The notes under the pieces were generated by a model. It did not search any database, had not been told where the DNA came from, and saw only the letters and a list, made by a program, of their open reading frames with translations. Positions 8,971-18,197 of a DNA stretch of 64,000 bases are shown one piece after another (position 1 is the first letter of the stretch; every line of letters starts with the position of its first letter). The DNA is from Patescibacteria group bacterium (GTDB taxonomy: Bacteria > Patescibacteriota > Microgenomatia > JBGSIU01): positions 2,161 to 66,160 of the forward strand of contig JBGSIU010000044.1 in the NCBI GenBank assembly GCA_041742375.1. The letters run 5' to 3'. A program made the position numbers and the translations under genes.

Positions 8971-10487
8971 AAAAATATACGATACTTCTCATCTTGATAC
9001 TCCTTCTTTCGTTCTTTCTTCGCGTTTTCCGGTTCGAAAATCGCGTTTTTATCATCGGTGACGGTGCGCGTGACATTCTTGTTGCGCGCGGCGCACTGCA
9101 GGCGAAAATAATTCCTCAGATTTCGTCTTTTTCTTCAACTGGTCCATTTGTTTTTGGACCTCATTATTATTGGCTTTTAATGGCGGTTTATTTTTTTAGT
9201 CCCGAAAGTTGGTCGATTTTTTATTATTTTCTGATTTTTCAATCCGTGTTTATGGTTTTTATTCTTGTTAAAACGGGGGAGTTGATTTGTAATAAAAAAT
9301 TCGGGCTTTTCTTGGGGCTTGTGGCGGCTGTCTCTCCGGTTTTTATCTCCCGTTCCACGGGAATAGTTCAACACGCAATCATGGCGTTCCTTGCAGCCAT
9401 TTCATTATATTATTTTGTGAAGTTTTCGAAGCGTAAAAGAACGATCGATGCTTTTTGGAGCGGATTCTGGACGGCGATTGCCATTATGATGCATTTTCAA
9501 GCAATGGGACTTCTCGTAATGTCTCTTGCTTTTTTTGTCTCATCGAGATCGATTAAGGAAAAAGTAAAAAATTCATTTTCGTATTTTTTGGGATTAATCT
9601 TGCCCTCCGCAAGTTTTATTTTTTGGGACGCGGCGCAAAACTTTGCCAACGCCCGGAATTTTCTTGATTACGTGTTAATCGGCCAAAACCGAATTTATGT
9701 GGCCAACCGCTGGACGTGGCACATCTTCAAATTTTGGCCTGAATATGCGGCGAGCCTTTTTGGCGGACAAAATCTCGTCGGAGGGATAATTCTGTATTTT
9801 GCGCTTGTGATTAGTGTTTTTCTCATCATCCGCGGTAAATTAAACAAAATCGTAAAATATCTTCTTGTATTTTTCTTGTTTTTTTACATTTATTTAAGAT
9901 TTTACAAAGGAGAAAAATCTGAAGGCTATTTGGCATTTATCCAGCCATTGACAATTATCGTCATGGCATACGGATTTTTCTGGTTGGCAAGATTTAAGAA
10001 ATTATTTTTCGTTGTTTCAACCATTATAATATTTTGCACGATTCGCGTGACACGGGATTATTATATCTCGCAAAATGTCAACGAGTTCCAGGAGCTTTCG
10101 GTCACCTTGTTGTCCCTCGAGAAAGAAACCGGCGCAAAAAAATTCGCCATCTATGATTTTGCAGATATCAAAAATCAAACTCAAACTTGGCAAGTTTCAG
10201 ATGCGTTAGCGGTTTTTTTGGGAAGCGTGAACAAGCTTGATTTTGAAAATGGTTATAAAATCGGCCTTTGTCAGGATTATTGTCCGGAAGAAAATTTGCA
10301 AGAAGTCAGGAGCGGTTTTTTTAAGGACGGCAAAAACCATCTCCTTTTAATCGGCGCGGCAAAAAAGAAATTTAATTTGGTCGCGCGTTCTCCAAAATCA
10401 GTCATGGACGAGGTGATTTTTTGGTGGAAAGATCGTCCCTTAGCTTCGCCATTTAATTTGAGGAAATATATCCTTGAAAAAATATGA
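8967..10487 (+). CDS. GT-C-fold glycosyltransferase (ArnT/PMT-like)
   Basis: LR...GDGARD, GPHYYWL; multi-TM. Confidence 0.78.
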   Translation: MKKYTILLILILLLSFFLRVFRFENRVFIIGDGARDILVARGALQAKIIPQISSFSSTGPFVFGPHYYWLLMAVYFFSPESWSIFYYFLIFQSVFMVFILVKTGELICNKKFGLFLGLVAAVSPVFISRSTGIVQHAIMAFLAAISLYYFVKFSKRKRTIDAFWSGFWTAIAIMMHFQAMGLLVMSLAFFVSSRSIKEKVKNSFSYFLGLILPSASFIFWDAAQNFANARNFLDYVLIGQNRIYVANRWTWHIFKFWPEYAASLFGGQNLVGGIILYFALVISVFLIIRGKLNKIVKYLLVFFLFFYIYLRFYKGEKSEGYLAFIQPLTIIVMAYGFFWLARFKKLFFVVSTIIIFCTIRVTRDYYISQNVNEFQELSVTLLSLEKETGAKKFAIYDFADIKNQTQTWQVSDALAVFLGSVNKLDFENGYKIGLCQDYCPEENLQEVRSGFFKDGKNHLLLIGAAKKKFNLVARSPKSVMDEVIFWWKDRPLASPFNLRKYILEKI

Positions 10488-12046
10488 AAAAAACCAAATT
10501 TTTTCTCATAATCTTCCTCATCTTGTACTTGTCATTATTTCTGAGAATTCATGATTTTGAAAACCATGTTTATGTCTGGGGAGACAGTGCGCGCGATATT
10601 CTGACGGCGCGTGAATCTTTAAGAGTGGGAACGATTCCTTTGACGACGGCTTTTTCCTCCGCCGGCCCTTTTGTTTTCGGTCCGCAATATTATTGGCTTC
10701 TGATGGTGGTATATTTTTTTAATTTTAACTCATGGAATATTTTTTATTACTTTCTCATTATGCAGTCTCTTTTTTTTGTGATCGTGATGATGTTCATCGG
10801 CAAAGAACTTGTGGGTCGGAAATTTGCTCTTGTTTTGGGTCTTGTCACCGCCTTCTCCGGCAGACAAATAATTCGTGCAACGTATTTTTCTCAGCATTCG
10901 TTTGTTGCTCTGCCAAGCGCGCTCGCCGTGTTGTCTTTAATTAAATTTTTCCGGAAAAAAAATAATTCACACGTTTTTTGGTGTGCTTTTTGGGTTTCAA
11001 ACTCCATTCTTCTTCATTATCAAGCGCTTGGGCTTCTTGTTTTAATTTTGCCATTCATATGTGATAAGTCGCCCGTAAAAGAAAAATTTAAACGAATGGC
11101 AACTTTTGTTCTTGGTTTAATTCTTCCGGCAACGCCTTTTTTGGTGTGGGATTATCAAATGCAATTCGCCAACATAAGGAACGTCTTGGATTATGTGCTG
11201 ATCGGTCAATACCGAATTTATATTCCCAACCGGTGGACATGGCATCTTTTTAATTTTTGGCCGGAATATACCGCCGATATTTTTACCGGTAATAATATTT
11301 TCGCGGGAATTTTGCTTTATTTCGCACTTGGGGTTTTACTCATGAAATGCGGCCTCAAAAAAGTTAACCGGAAAATTATTTGGATATTTTTAATTTTTAT
11401 CTTCTATTTTTTTTATTTGAGGTTTTACCGGGGAGAGAAGTTTGAAGGTTATTTAATGTATCTCCATCCGTTTATTTTGTTCATTTTGGCCTGTGGGCTT
11501 TATTTTTTTTCAAAAGCTAAAATTCTATTCCTCGCGCTCTTTTTATTTGCCGCTTTTTCTTCCGCAAACATGCTTAAAGAATATTATGCAAATCCCAAGC
11601 CAAATCAGGAAAGTATGTTTCAGGAAATAGCTGAAAATCTGGTTAAACAATCCGGTTCAAAAAAACGTAAGTTTTCCGTGTTTGATTTTGCCATCTATGA
11701 TAGTCAAACAGAAACTTGGAGTTATTCAGAAGCTTTTTCGCTTTATCTCGACACGAAAAACATGCTTGATGAAAAAAACGGATTTAAGATTGGATTTTGC
11801 TTCAGTTTTTGTCCGAAAAATGCGGTGTTTTTGAAGGATAAAACACTTCAGGAATCGGGGCACAAGATTGTTTTGATAGATTTGGTTAAGAAAAAAAATC
11901 GCGACAAATTCCGATTAGTAAATAGGTCGCCGCACGCGGTTTATGAGGAAATGATTTTTTGGTGGGCAAATCGCCCTTTAGAATCATCTTTCAGTTTGGA
12001 TAAATTTATTTATGAACGGACAATTGGAAAATTTATAAAATCATGA
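10484..12046 (+). CDS. GT-C-fold glycosyltransferase, tandem paralogue of 8967-10487
   Basis: Shares GDxARDILxAR, FSSxGPFVFGPxYYWLLM, LDYVLIGQxRIYxxNRWTWH and IFWWxxRPL with the upstream gene. Confidence 0.8.
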   Translation: MKKTKFFLIIFLILYLSLFLRIHDFENHVYVWGDSARDILTARESLRVGTIPLTTAFSSAGPFVFGPQYYWLLMVVYFFNFNSWNIFYYFLIMQSLFFVIVMMFIGKELVGRKFALVLGLVTAFSGRQIIRATYFSQHSFVALPSALAVLSLIKFFRKKNNSHVFWCAFWVSNSILLHYQALGLLVLILPFICDKSPVKEKFKRMATFVLGLILPATPFLVWDYQMQFANIRNVLDYVLIGQYRIYIPNRWTWHLFNFWPEYTADIFTGNNIFAGILLYFALGVLLMKCGLKKVNRKIIWIFLIFIFYFFYLRFYRGEKFEGYLMYLHPFILFILACGLYFFSKAKILFLALFLFAAFSSANMLKEYYANPKPNQESMFQEIAENLVKQSGSKKRKFSVFDFAIYDSQTETWSYSEAFSLYLDTKNMLDEKNGFKIGFCFSFCPKNAVFLKDKTLQESGHKIVLIDLVKKKNRDKFRLVNRSPHAVYEEMIFWWANRPLESSFSLDKFIYERTIGKFIKS

Positions 12047-13437
12047 AAATTAAATTTAATTGGGAATATTTTATTGTTATATTTTTCATTATTATTTATG
12101 CGGTGGCGGCACTCGCAGTCTCACTTAACAGATATTGGCAATTTAACGCATTTTGGTATGATTTTGGGATCTTTGATTCAACTATTTGGCAACTTAGTCG
12201 TTTTCATTTTCCTCTTATCATTCAAAAAGCACCACCGACAGGGATAATTGTTTGGGGTGACCATTTCAATCCGAGCGCCATTTTTCTTTCGCCTCTTTAT
12301 TGGCTAACAAGCAAACAGGAAATTTTAATTGCAACACAAGCTATTTTCGTATGCTTAGGAGCAGCAGTGGCATATCTAACAGTAAAGAAAACTGTAAAGA
12401 GTTCAGTTGTTAAAATTGCATTGATTGTAAGTTATCTTGGATTTGTTGGTATGCAAAATGCGCTTTTCACAGATGTTCATAACATAGTTTTTGCAGTTCT
12501 ACCTCTAACTCTTACAATTTGGGCAATTTTTAACAAAAAATGGAATTTGTATTTTATTTTTTTACTTTTAACAATTGGTTTTCAAGAAAATCTGGCATTG
12601 ACTGGGGCAATGCTTGGAGTTTTTCTTGTCCTTTCAAGGAAGAATGTGAAAATAGGCATAATTAGTATACTTGTATGCATCTCTTATTTTTTTATTGTGA
12701 TTAAGTTTATAACTCCGTATTTTAATCACTCACCCTATGCCTATCAACCTGAACCTTTTAACAATCCTTTTGAACTTATCGCAAGATTTTTCATTCCAAG
12801 TATTAAATTGAAAACAATTGTTCTTTCATTTTTGACGTTTGGCCTGCTTCCTGCGGTTTCAATCCCGACATTGCCGCTTATAGTTGAACAATATTTTGAA
12901 AGATTTGTTTTGAATTCTGCGGCAACTCGCTGGGATTTGGGTTTCCACTATAATTCGATCCTGTCACCAATTTTTTTCTTGGGTTCGCTATCGGTGGTTA
13001 TTAAGTTTCAGAATAAACCTATTTTTTCAAAACTAATGAAATTGTGGGGGGTCACAACGATTCTAATTGTAATTTTTCTCCACAGATTCTATCTCCATGG
13101 TCCATTAATGCAGTCAACAATGCCTGCTTTTTACCAAGCGACGAAAGATACAGAATTTCTGTATAAATTCACTGATAAAATTCCAAGAGGGAAATTTCTC
13201 ATGATTCAAAATAATCTTGCCAGTCACTTTACGCATGAGAAGATGATGCTTCTTGATTCAAGGTATAATCAAATTAAGCCTGATATTATTGTGTTTGACA
13301 CGCGCTCAGGACAAAACGCGAACAATTTCTATCCGTTAGAATTTTCCCAGGTCAAAAAAATGATTTCTGCATTGGAAAAAGATAAAAACTATAAAAAAAT
13401 ATTAGTAACCAACGATCAATTCTATTTTGAAAAATAA
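12043..13437 (+). CDS. DUF2079-family membrane protein (probable GT-C)
   Basis: YDFGIFD..IW, GDHFNP, DVH, QEN, FHYN motifs. Confidence 0.75.
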   Translation: MKIKFNWEYFIVIFFIIIYAVAALAVSLNRYWQFNAFWYDFGIFDSTIWQLSRFHFPLIIQKAPPTGIIVWGDHFNPSAIFLSPLYWLTSKQEILIATQAIFVCLGAAVAYLTVKKTVKSSVVKIALIVSYLGFVGMQNALFTDVHNIVFAVLPLTLTIWAIFNKKWNLYFIFLLLTIGFQENLALTGAMLGVFLVLSRKNVKIGIISILVCISYFFIVIKFITPYFNHSPYAYQPEPFNNPFELIARFFIPSIKLKTIVLSFLTFGLLPAVSIPTLPLIVEQYFERFVLNSAATRWDLGFHYNSILSPIFFLGSLSVVIKFQNKPIFSKLMKLWGVTTILIVIFLHRFYLHGPLMQSTMPAFYQATKDTEFLYKFTDKIPRGKFLMIQNNLASHFTHEKMMLLDSRYNQIKPDIIVFDTRSGQNANNFYPLEFSQVKKMISALEKDKNYKKILVTNDQFYFEK

Positions 13438-13442
13438 AAAAA

Positions 13443-13487
13443 ACTAATTAGTAATTTGTCATTAGTAATTAGTAATTAATTACGAAT
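13443..13487. repeat. 7-bp-periodic repeat array with short palindromes
   Basis: ACTAATTAGT AATTTGT CATTAGT AATTAGT AATTAATTACGAAT; palindromes ACTAATTAGT and GTAATTAATTAC. Confidence 0.75.
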
Positions 13488-14231
13488 TTATCTGTTGCAA
13501 TTGCTACATTCAACGAAGAACAAAAAATAGAGAGAACTTTGAAGTCGGTAGAGGGTTGGGCGGATGAAATTGTGGTTGTCGACGGTAACTCCACCGACAA
13601 AACCGTTGAAATCGCAAAAAAGTTCACGGATAAAATTTTCTCTCATAAAAATGAATTAATGTTTCACAAAAACAAAAATTTGGCGATTGAGAAATGCACA
13701 AGTGATTGGATTTTTTTTCTTGATGCGGATGAAGTGGTGACCGATGAATTAAAAAAGGAAATTACCGATATCATAAATAATGCCGCCAATAGTTTTGACG
13801 GTTATGACATGCCACGCTCCAATTATTTTCTTGGAAGATTTTTAAAAAAAGGCGGCCAATATCCGGACACGCGCGTACGTCTTTTTAAAAAGGGTAAAGG
13901 CGTATGGCCGTGCAAATCCGTACACGAACAGATCAACATGAATGGGGAGGTGGGACATCTCAAAAACAACCTTCTCCATTATTCCTACGAATCCCTTGGA
14001 GAATATTGGAAAAAAGCAAACATATACACATTGCTGACCGCAGAAAATATCAAAAAAGAAAGAAGTGGCGTATTCGTAAAATTCCTCAAATATGTTTTTT
14101 ATCTGCCGATCTACACATTTTTCAACATTTTCGTTCGTCACAAGGGCTATGTCGATTCTTGGCAAGGCCTGTTATTCGCCAAATTCTCCGCCCTCCATTT
14201 TCCAATTGCTTATATAAAATCCCTACGGTAA
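13482..14231 (+). CDS. GT2 glycosyltransferase (WaaE/KdtX-like beta-glucosyltransferase subfamily); probable ACG or ATT start
   Basis: NLSVAIATFNEE lies in frame upstream of TTG13539; VVDGNSTDKT, LDADE, YPD..RLF, VHE, LLHY. Confidence 0.85.
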   Translation, partial: TNLSVAIATFNEEQKIERTLKSVEGWADEIVVVDGNSTDKTVEIAKKFTDKIFSHKNELMFHKNKNLAIEKCTSDWIFFLDADEVVTDELKKEITDIINNAANSFDGYDMPRSNYFLGRFLKKGGQYPDTRVRLFKKGKGVWPCKSVHEQINMNGEVGHLKNNLLHYSYESLGEYWKKANIYTLLTAENIKKERSGVFVKFLKYVFYLPIYTFFNIFVRHKGYVDSWQGLLFAKFSALHFPIAYIKSLR

Positions 14232-14237
14232 TTTTTT

Positions 14238-14246
14238 TGCTAAAAT
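14238..14246 (+). promoter_or_regulatory. Putative extended -10 promoter (TGcTAAAAT)
   Basis: 8 nt upstream of ATG14255, no Shine-Dalgarno. Confidence 0.45.
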
Positions 14247-14254
14247 GAAATTGT

Positions 14255-15430
14255 ATGAAATTCAAAACAATTTTTTCTTTCTGGTTTTTGTGGCGAGCGG
14301 GGTCATTTTTAATTTCCGTACTCGCCATAATAATTCTTCCGAATTTTGGAAATAAATTTCCCTACGTGAACGAAATGCTAAAAAATTCCGGTCTGCCTGC
14401 TTGGTTTTGGCAATCTGGCAATTTTGATGGTGTGCATTATGTCGGAATTGCCAAAGATGGTTACATCAGACAGTTCACTCAAGCCTTTTTTCCGGTTTAT
14501 CCAATGATGATAAAAATTATTTCTCCGATATTTTTTAATAACTTTGTTTTTGCCGGAGTTTTTTTGTCGTCAGTTTTTACGCTTTTGGCGGCATGGATGT
14601 TGCGTAATCTATTGATAATTAATGATCTGAACCATTCATTACAACGAAAAAATATTAAATGGGCGTTGCTGTTCTTTTTGTTCTTTCCCATGTCCTTTTT
14701 TTACGGCTCAATATACAATGAATCGTTTTTTTTGTTTTTGGTTTTCTCAGTCTTTTATTTTGCAAAAAAAAGAAACTGGCTAACAGTTGGTATATTGGGA
14801 GCACTGGCGAGTGGAACAAGACTCGTTGGAATATTTTTATTGCCTACAATACTCTATGCATTTATTGTAGGAACGCCCCTACAGACAACAAGATACAAGA
14901 TACAAAATATCGCGTATATTTTCTTAATTCCCCTCGGTTTTCTCATCTACATACTTTTTCTTCAAATTAATTTCGGTGATGCTCTATATTTTTTACATGC
15001 ACAAAGCGCCTTTGGTGCTTCAAGATCAACAGGGATAGTCTTGCCAATAGTCACATTTTGGCGCTACGTTAAAATTTTAACAACTGTTCCAGTTTTTCAA
15101 TATAACTTTTGGGTTGCAGTATGGGAGGCTGGATTTTTTGCCACAGGTGGAGTAATTCTTGCCATACTCAGCTGGATGAAGATAAAAAACAAAGACGGTA
15201 TAAAAGGGGTAGGATCTTCATATCTAATTTTCTCTTGGTTTTGTTTGCTACTCCCAACATTGACCGGAACTCTTTCGTCTTTTCCAAGATATTTGCTTAT
15301 ATGTTTTCCGATCTATATTTTTCTCGGATCTTTACCAAACAAATTTGTTAAACTATCGATATTATTTCTTTTTTTAATTCTCAATTTCATATTTTCGACT
15401 TTATTCCTAAGAGGATATTGGGTTTCGTAA
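14255..15430 (+). CDS. PIG-V-like mannosyltransferase-family GT-C protein
   Basis: NFDGVHY, AFFPVYP, YNES, TRLVG, SSFPRY motifs. Confidence 0.8.
   Translation: MKFKTIFSFWFLWRAGSFLISVLAIIILPNFGNKFPYVNEMLKNSGLPAWFWQSGNFDGVHYVGIAKDGYIRQFTQAFFPVYPMMIKIISPIFFNNFVFAGVFLSSVFTLLAAWMLRNLLIINDLNHSLQRKNIKWALLFFLFFPMSFFYGSIYNESFFLFLVFSVFYFAKKRNWLTVGILGALASGTRLVGIFLLPTILYAFIVGTPLQTTRYKIQNIAYIFLIPLGFLIYILFLQINFGDALYFLHAQSAFGASRSTGIVLPIVTFWRYVKILTTVPVFQYNFWVAVWEAGFFATGGVILAILSWMKIKNKDGIKGVGSSYLIFSWFCLLLPTLTGTLSSFPRYLLICFPIYIFLGSLPNKFVKLSILFLFLILNFIFSTLFLRGYWVS
14843..14908. repeat. GTAG-type palindromes plus 7-mer tandem repeat, in-frame within the CDS
   Basis: CCTACAATA..TATTGTAGG (9-bp inverted repeat), TGTAGG-AACGCC-CCTACA, then ACAAGAT ACAAGAT ACAAAAT. 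Confidence 0.55.
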
Positions 15431-15448
15431 AAAAATACTTAAAAATCT

Positions 15449-16054
15449 ATGTCAATAAATGTAACTAGAGGATACGGCTTACTTGAAAAATTTCTCGCCG
15501 AGCGGCGTGTCGCGCAAGCAAATTCTCTCATCGATTTAAAACACAGAAAAGGCAGAGTTTTGGACATTGGTTCCGGAAGTCACCCTTTTTTTCTTTTAAA
15601 CACAATTTTTTTTGAAAAATTCGGTGTCGATCAGCTTATTTCGGAAAACGACAAGAAAAAATATCTCAACGATAAAATTAAGCTTTTCCGATTTGACATT
15701 GACATCAACACAAAACTGGAATTTGCCGATAACTATTTTGATTGCATCATCATGCTGGCGGTGGCGGAGCATTTGAGGGAAAAAGAATTATTGTCTCTTT
15801 TGCACGAGGTTCACCGTGTCTTAAAAAAAGATGGTTGTTTTATCTATACCACTCCGGCGGCTTGGAGTGATATCATTCTAAAAATCGGGTCATACATTGG
15901 TTTTGTGAGCAGAAATGAAATTGAAGAACATAAAGAATATTATGATCATGAAAAAATGAAAAAATTACTGGTTTCTTCGGGTTTCGATAAAAACAAAATG
16001 AAATTTGGATATTTTGAATTTAAACTTAACACCTGGGGGATGGTGACAACATGA
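15449..16054 (+). CDS. Class I SAM-dependent methyltransferase
   Basis: VLDIGSG, FDCI...EHL, RVLKKDG..YTTP. Confidence 0.85.
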   Translation: MSINVTRGYGLLEKFLAERRVAQANSLIDLKHRKGRVLDIGSGSHPFFLLNTIFFEKFGVDQLISENDKKKYLNDKIKLFRFDIDINTKLEFADNYFDCIIMLAVAEHLREKELLSLLHEVHRVLKKDGCFIYTTPAAWSDIILKIGSYIGFVSRNEIEEHKEYYDHEKMKKLLVSSGFDKNKMKFGYFEFKLNTWGMVTT

Positions 16055-16722
16055 AAAATCAAATTTTAATCGCGCTACCGGCATATAACGAAGGAAAAGT
16101 AATCGTCGCGGTGATTTCAGATGTGAAAAAACAGGGATATAAAAACATCTTAATTATCGATGACGGATCAAGTGATGAAACGAAATTCAAAGCAGAAAAA
16201 TCAGGAGCCATAGTGGTCTCACATTTTAAAAATTGCGGATTGGGAGTTTCTTTGAGAACGGCAATTAAATATGCTAAAAAAAATCAATTTGACGTTTTAG
16301 TGACGATGGATTCCGACGGACAACACCAGGCGGAAGATATAAAAAAATTAATTTCGAAAATTGAAGCCGGATTCGACGTCGTAATTGGCATACGCGATTT
16401 CAGGCGGGGAAAAGTCAATTTTGTCCGAAGGGTGATTCTTGTTCTCTCAGACATATATACTTTCATCCTGTTTGGAATTTTCACTCATGATTCCCAGTCC
16501 GGTTTTCGGGCATTTTCAAAAAATGCAATCCGGAAAATAAATTTAAAAAGTGAAAGGATGGAGGTTTCTTCGGAAATATTTGCGGAAATTAAGCAATTTA
16601 AGTTAAAATATGCCGAAGTGCCGATTAAAGCAATCTATACGAAATATTCGCTCAGCAAGGGCCAAAAAAACTCCAATGTGTTTAGCGTCAGCTGGAAATT
16701 GTTGATTAATATGTTCAGATAG
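16051..16722 (+). CDS. GT2 polyprenol-phosphate glycosyltransferase
   Basis: LPAYNE, DDGSSD, MDSDGQH, DSQSGFRA; followed by a DUF2304-type gene. Confidence 0.88.
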   Translation: MKNQILIALPAYNEGKVIVAVISDVKKQGYKNILIIDDGSSDETKFKAEKSGAIVVSHFKNCGLGVSLRTAIKYAKKNQFDVLVTMDSDGQHQAEDIKKLISKIEAGFDVVIGIRDFRRGKVNFVRRVILVLSDIYTFILFGIFTHDSQSGFRAFSKNAIRKINLKSERMEVSSEIFAEIKQFKLKYAEVPIKAIYTKYSLSKGQKNSNVFSVSWKLLINMFR

Positions 16723-16749
16723 CGGTAAACTATTAAATATGTATACGAT

Positions 16750-17085
16750 ATGATTCTTCAAGCAATATTAATTCTATTTTTGATTTTTGCCGTGAGCCGG
16801 GTATATCTGCAGTGGAAAAACGGGAATTTAAAAATCGTCAGTTTTATTTTCTGGGTGACAATTTTTTGTGGTGCGATTTTTGGCATTATCCAGCCTGAAA
16901 TGACAAGTAAAATCGCAAGGCTCGTCGGAATTGGCCGGGGAGCCGATGTCGTGTTATATTTTTCGGTGGCAATTTTATTTTATCTTTTATTCAGACTGTA
17001 CATTTATGTTGAAAATCTGCGGCATGAAATTTCCGACATTATTTCTCAGCTTGCTTTAAAAGAAGATAAAAAAAACCAGAAATGA
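16750..17085 (+). CDS. DUF2304-family small membrane protein (partner of polyprenol-P-sugar synthase)
   Basis: 111 aa, 3 TM, GIGRGAD motif, C-terminal amphipathic helix. Confidence 0.8.
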   Translation: MILQAILILFLIFAVSRVYLQWKNGNLKIVSFIFWVTIFCGAIFGIIQPEMTSKIARLVGIGRGADVVLYFSVAILFYLLFRLYIYVENLRHEISDIISQLALKEDKKNQK

Positions 17086-18197
17086 AAATTTTAATTCTTT
17101 CTGAATTTTTCCCCCAAAGTGAAGATCCTGAATTCACAGGTGGAGTTGAAGCCCGAAACTTCTTCCTTTGTAAATATTTGAGCAAAAATAATGAGTTAAC
17201 TTTATTATGTTCTCGTATCTTGAATACAAAATACAAAATACAAAATGCAAAATGCAAAGTTTCCCCCATTGGTTTTTCCCGTTCCTATCTTCAATCAGGA
17301 GACTTATTTAAGCGTTTAATTTTTATTTTAGCTTGTATTTTTCAGGGTTTAAAAACAGATTTTGATATTGTCGATGGAAGTAATTTTGTCACCCATTTGG
17401 CGGCGATTATTTTGGGGTTTTTAAAAAGAAGACAGGTTTTTCTTTGGTATGCTGATGTTTGGGTGGGAAGATGGATAAAAAACATCGGGTGGACCGGAAT
17501 TATCGGAGAAATTTTGGAAAGATTGGTTTTAACTCTTGGGAAAAACGCAAAATTCATCGCGATTTCAAAATATACAAAAAATAATTTAATAAAAAACGGA
17601 ATTCCGGGCAGGAATATCACCGTTATCCCTTTGGGAGTAGACGAAGAAGAATTAGGCGCGTGCGCGCACAGCAAAAAAAAATATGATCTTATTGCGGTTA
17701 ACCGACTCGTGAAATATAAAAAAACAGAAGAAATAATCGAAGCAATAAATTTCATACGCAAAAACAAACTCCCTAAAGTTATACTCCTTGGTGATGGTCC
17801 AGAAAAAGAAAACCTTCAAAATTCAATTAATAAATATAAACTTCAAAAAAACGTCGAAATCATCAGCGGACAAAATCATAAAGATGTCATGAAATTAATC
17901 TCCCAGTCGAGAATTTTCGTTTCGGCGTCTTCTGTTGAAGGTTTCGGTATTGCACCGGTTGAAGCGGCCGGTTTTGGCTTGCCTTGCCTTCTCAAGAACA
18001 TTGTGCCCTACAAAGAACATGAAAAAAATCTTGGCGGATGCCTAATGTTTGATAATTCAAAAGAACTGAGTGTGAAAACATTGCTTTTGTTAAAAGATAC
18101 CGAAAAATATAAAAAATTGTCGGAAGCTAACAAAAATAACGCGCGAAAATTTTTCTGGAAGAAAATTGCGCAGGAAACGGAGGTTTATTACTCTTGA
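17082..18197 (+). CDS. GT4 glycosyltransferase
   Basis: GGVE, RLVKYK, GDGPE, EGFGIAPVEA. Confidence 0.9.
   Translation: MKILILSEFFPQSEDPEFTGGVEARNFFLCKYLSKNNELTLLCSRILNTKYKIQNAKCKVSPIGFSRSYLQSGDLFKRLIFILACIFQGLKTDFDIVDGSNFVTHLAAIILGFLKRRQVFLWYADVWVGRWIKNIGWTGIIGEILERLVLTLGKNAKFIAISKYTKNNLIKNGIPGRNITVIPLGVDEEELGACAHSKKKYDLIAVNRLVKYKKTEEIIEAINFIRKNKLPKVILLGDGPEKENLQNSINKYKLQKNVEIISGQNHKDVMKLISQSRIFVSASSVEGFGIAPVEAAGFGLPCLLKNIVPYKEHEKNLGGCLMFDNSKELSVKTLLLLKDTEKYKKLSEANKNNARKFFWKKIAQETEVYYS
17211..17257. repeat. 7-mer tandem repeat in-frame within the GT4
   Basis: AATACAA x3 + AATGCAA x2 (17223-17257), preceded by a partial inverted arm TCTCGTATCTTG; reads SRILNTKYKIQNAKCK. Confidence 0.8.

Noticed and set aside
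17655-17670. GC palindrome GTGCGCGCAC in the GT4
   Set aside because: Only 10 bp, single copy; chance cannot be excluded.
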